Shown piece by piece: positions 7,951 to 10,000 of a stretch of 10,000 bases of DNA. Under the pieces are notes generated by a model, which made no database searches, had not been told where the DNA came from, and saw only the letters and a list, made by a program, of their open reading frames with translations. The stretch lies in the NCBI GenBank assembly GCA_031431875.1, contig JANPEF010000089.1, positions 1-10,000 on the forward strand, written 5' to 3'. Position numbers and translations under genes: made by a program. Positions within the stretch are counted from its first letter, which is position 1; every line of letters starts with the position of its first letter. Origin of the DNA: Candidatus Eiseniibacteriota bacterium. Lineage in GTDB: Bacteria > Eisenbacteria > RBG-16-71-46 > DASYSL01.

Positions 7951-8958
7951 TCAGTGGATCCGCACGAGCAGCGTGCTCGCCGTCAGGTCGCCCCCGCGGG
8001 CGCGCACGGCGTAGACGCCGGCCGCAACGCGGCTGCCGGAGTCGTCCCGACCGTCCCAGGTCAATCGATGGGACCCCGCCGCAAGTGAAGCCCGGATCAC
8101 GCGGACCTGCCGTCCGAGCAGGTCGTGGATGCCGATGAGAACGTCACCGGGGCGCGACAGCGTGAACTGCAGGGACACGTCGTTGCGGGAGGGGTTGGGC
8201 GTTGCCCGCAGGAGCGTGAGCCCGGACGCGCGGGGATCCTCCACGCCGACGAGGCCTTCGGACGTGCACGTGGCCGAGCATCCGTCCCCGTCCGTCAGGT
8301 TGTTGTCGTCGCACTCCTCGAGGCCCTCGAGCGCGCCGTTGCCGCAGGTTGACGCCGGGACAGTCCCGCTGCTCCCCGCGTTGTTCCGGGGCGCCGGCGT
8401 CGCGAAGGCGAAGTCGTTCGCGCTATCCCCGGTGTCGTCGGTGCCCTCGAGCAGGGTGGGGGAGCCGGCAACGTCCAGGCGACGCGCGATCGCCTGGCCG
8501 GAGATTCCGTCGCCGGCGTTGAACGGCGTGCCGACCCCCGTGCTCGGGCCGGCATAGTTCCCCCAGGCCACGCAGTCGATCGCGTCGAAGCAGATCTTGC
8601 CGCCCGCGGCCGGAATGACCGGCGTCATCGTCAGGTCCGCGCTCACGCCGAAGAAGGTGGCCGCCTCGGGAGTGGCGATCAGGATTTTCGATTGATTGGC
8701 TCCGTTGCCGACACTGCCGCTGAAGGTGAACGAGCCGACCATGGTGTTGCTGCTGTCGAACACCTGGATCGAGTGGCCACCGACGACGCTCTGACCCGCC
8801 GCGTACATCTGGAGCACGACGTACCGAGCGTTGGGCGCGGCCGGTGTGCCGGCGAAGACCTCGGCGATCTTCATGAGATGGAAGGCGGCGTGCGCCGGCG
8901 CCGCCGGCGACAGCGCGGTGAGAAGAAGGCTGCTGAGGAAATAGGCCAATCGTCGCAT
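7951..8958 (-). CDS. Secreted protein with a lamin-tail-like N-domain, a Myxococcus cysteine-rich repeat (DUF4215-type) and a FlgD-Ig/T9SS-CTD-like domain (335 aa)
   Basis: GGAG RBS; signal peptide MRRLAYFLSSLLLTALSPAAPAHA. KIAEVFAG...YVVLQ and ATPAPRN are lamin-tail-like. CGNGALEGLEECDDNNLTDGDGCSATC lies at 8266-8346. The C-terminal domain carries TPNP...IHDLLGRQV...WDGRDDSG...GVY. Confidence 0.85.
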   Translation of the reverse strand: MRRLAYFLSSLLLTALSPAAPAHAAFHLMKIAEVFAGTPAAPNARYVVLQMYAAGQSVVGGHSIQVFDSSNTMVGSFTFSGSVGNGANQSKILIATPEAATFFGVSADLTMTPVIPAAGGKICFDAIDCVAWGNYAGPSTGVGTPFNAGDGISGQAIARRLDVAGSPTLLEGTDDTGDSANDFAFATPAPRNNAGSSGTVPASTCGNGALEGLEECDDNNLTDGDGCSATCTSEGLVGVEDPRASGLTLLRATPNPSRNDVSLQFTLSRPGDVLIGIHDLLGRQVRVIRASLAAGSHRLTWDGRDDSGSRVAAGVYAVRARGGDLTASTLLVRIH

Positions 8959-9035
8959 GGGAGCGCTCCAGGGAGGGGTCTGGGAGAAACCCCGATCGGC
9001 AAGAGGCGGAGTCGGGGACAGGAAGAGGGCAAACC

Positions 9036-9064
9036 AGATTACCCCGGTGCCTCGCCGGGATCAA
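9036..9064 (-). promoter_or_regulatory. Candidate sigma70 promoter for the 7951-8958 gene
   Basis: On the minus strand: TTGATC (9064-9059), 17-nt spacer, TAATCT (9041-9036), about 80 nt upstream of the ATG. Confidence 0.45.
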
Positions 9065-9145
9065 CCACGGGCGGCAGGGGCGGAGCGGCAGTTGGGTACG
9101 GTCGAGTTGTAAAGCCCGGGATGGGGACCGATGCTTCTGGGTGAG

Positions 9146-9178
9146 CGTACGACTCGTACGATTCGTACGAACCGTACG
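9146..9178. repeat. Intergenic array of four CGTACG palindromes at exact 9-bp period
   Basis: CGTACG starts at 9146, 9155, 9164 and 9173, with spacers ACT, ATT and AAC. Confidence 0.9.
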
Positions 9179-9254
9179 CCCTTCGAACAGCCCACCTGTC
9201 CCCCCGGGGGCTTAGCTCGAAGGGGCGGCACCGGCCGATCCTCAGCCGGCGGTC

Positions 9255-9998
9255 TCAACTGCTGCCGCACCCGCCGCCACAGCTCGACGAGCAGCCCGAA
9301 CCGCCGCTGCCGCCACCACCGTCGCCCGAGCCCGAGCCGGAGTCGCCGCTACTGCCGGGATCCCCGCCGCCGGCCTGCGAGGTCGAGTCGGACCACGAGC
9401 CGCTGCTCTCGCCGCCGCCCGAGGCTCCGCCACCGAACTCCGGCATGCTGGCGGGCGCGTGGTCGTTCGCGGACCCCGAGTCGGAGAACCAGGCATACAG
9501 CGGCGTGTCGCCGTAACCGCCCGCCCGCGAGGTGACAAGCTTCTTGCGGCGGGGCGAGTGCTCCTCCTCCGGATCCGGCTCCGGCATCCCTGCGAACTTG
9601 GGGACTCCCCAGAACTCCGTGGGCGGCTCGCGGTCGAACTCGGTGCGGTACAGCTCGCAGGTCGCGAGGTACTGCGCCTGGAACGCGGCCGTCTGCTCGT
9701 CGAGCGGCACCAGCTCGGGATGGTGATCGAAGTCGTGCCGCAGGACCTCGGCGCAGAACTCGCGATAGCCGCGCGTGAACAGCAGGTGCTCGTGCCACAC
9801 CTGGTCGATCACCTTCGGTGGCGTGACCGGGAAATCCGAGATCATCCCGAGATAGACGTACTTGCGGTACTCGTCGATGGCCCGCAACGCGAAGTGCCGA
9901 CTCCACCCGAGCTTGCGCCTCAGCTTGTCGGCGAAGGCTCGCGTCGAGGCATCCGATCCGCCGAACGCCGCCTGCACTCGATCGAGCAACTGCGGCGG
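9255..9998 (-). CDS. Glycine-rich-domain (GRDP/DUF1399-like) protein, 5'-truncated by the window edge
   Basis: Frame is open to the window end. KLRRKLGWS...AIDEYRKYVYL...VTPPKVIDQVWHEHLLFTRGYREFC...DHHP...YRTEF...PPTEFW is typical of this family. The tail is Gly/Ser-rich and ends GCSSSCGGGCGSS. Confidence 0.85.
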   Translation of the reverse strand, partial: PPQLLDRVQAAFGGSDASTRAFADKLRRKLGWSRHFALRAIDEYRKYVYLGMISDFPVTPPKVIDQVWHEHLLFTRGYREFCAEVLRHDFDHHPELVPLDEQTAAFQAQYLATCELYRTEFDREPPTEFWGVPKFAGMPEPDPEEEHSPRRKKLVTSRAGGYGDTPLYAWFSDSGSANDHAPASMPEFGGGASGGGESSGSWSDSTSQAGGGDPGSSGDSGSGSGDGGGGSGGSGCSSSCGGGCGSS

Positions 9999-10000
9999 CG

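Noticed and set aside
9061..9270. 69-aa minus-strand ORF containing VRFVRIVRVVR
   Set aside because: The periodic peptide is a by-product of the CGTACG array; there is no clear RBS or codon bias.

Overview
High-GC bacterial window of accessory genes, with no rRNA, tRNA, CRISPR array or recognisable transposase. In order: the 3' part of an EEP-family phosphoesterase; an outer-membrane beta-barrel gene; a DUF222-like/HNH endonuclease gene with a hairpin-rich 360-bp upstream region and coding palindromic repeats; a GNAT acetyltransferase with an apparent in-frame deletion; a membrane-protein gene broken by an in-frame TAA; an aldo/keto reductase; a secreted five-repeat beta-propeller; a PadR regulator with a palindromic operator followed by a HAAS-type membrane protein; a secreted protein with a Myxococcus-type cysteine repeat; and the 3' part of a GRDP-like protein with a Gly/Ser/Cys tail. 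The two secreted proteins share a FlgD-Ig/T9SS-CTD-like C-terminal domain, which suggests (inference only) a high-GC FCB-related lineage such as Ca. Eisenbacteria. The best candidate for a poorly described system is the DUF222-like/HNH locus with its structured flank. All family assignments come from motifs recognised by eye; no searches were run.
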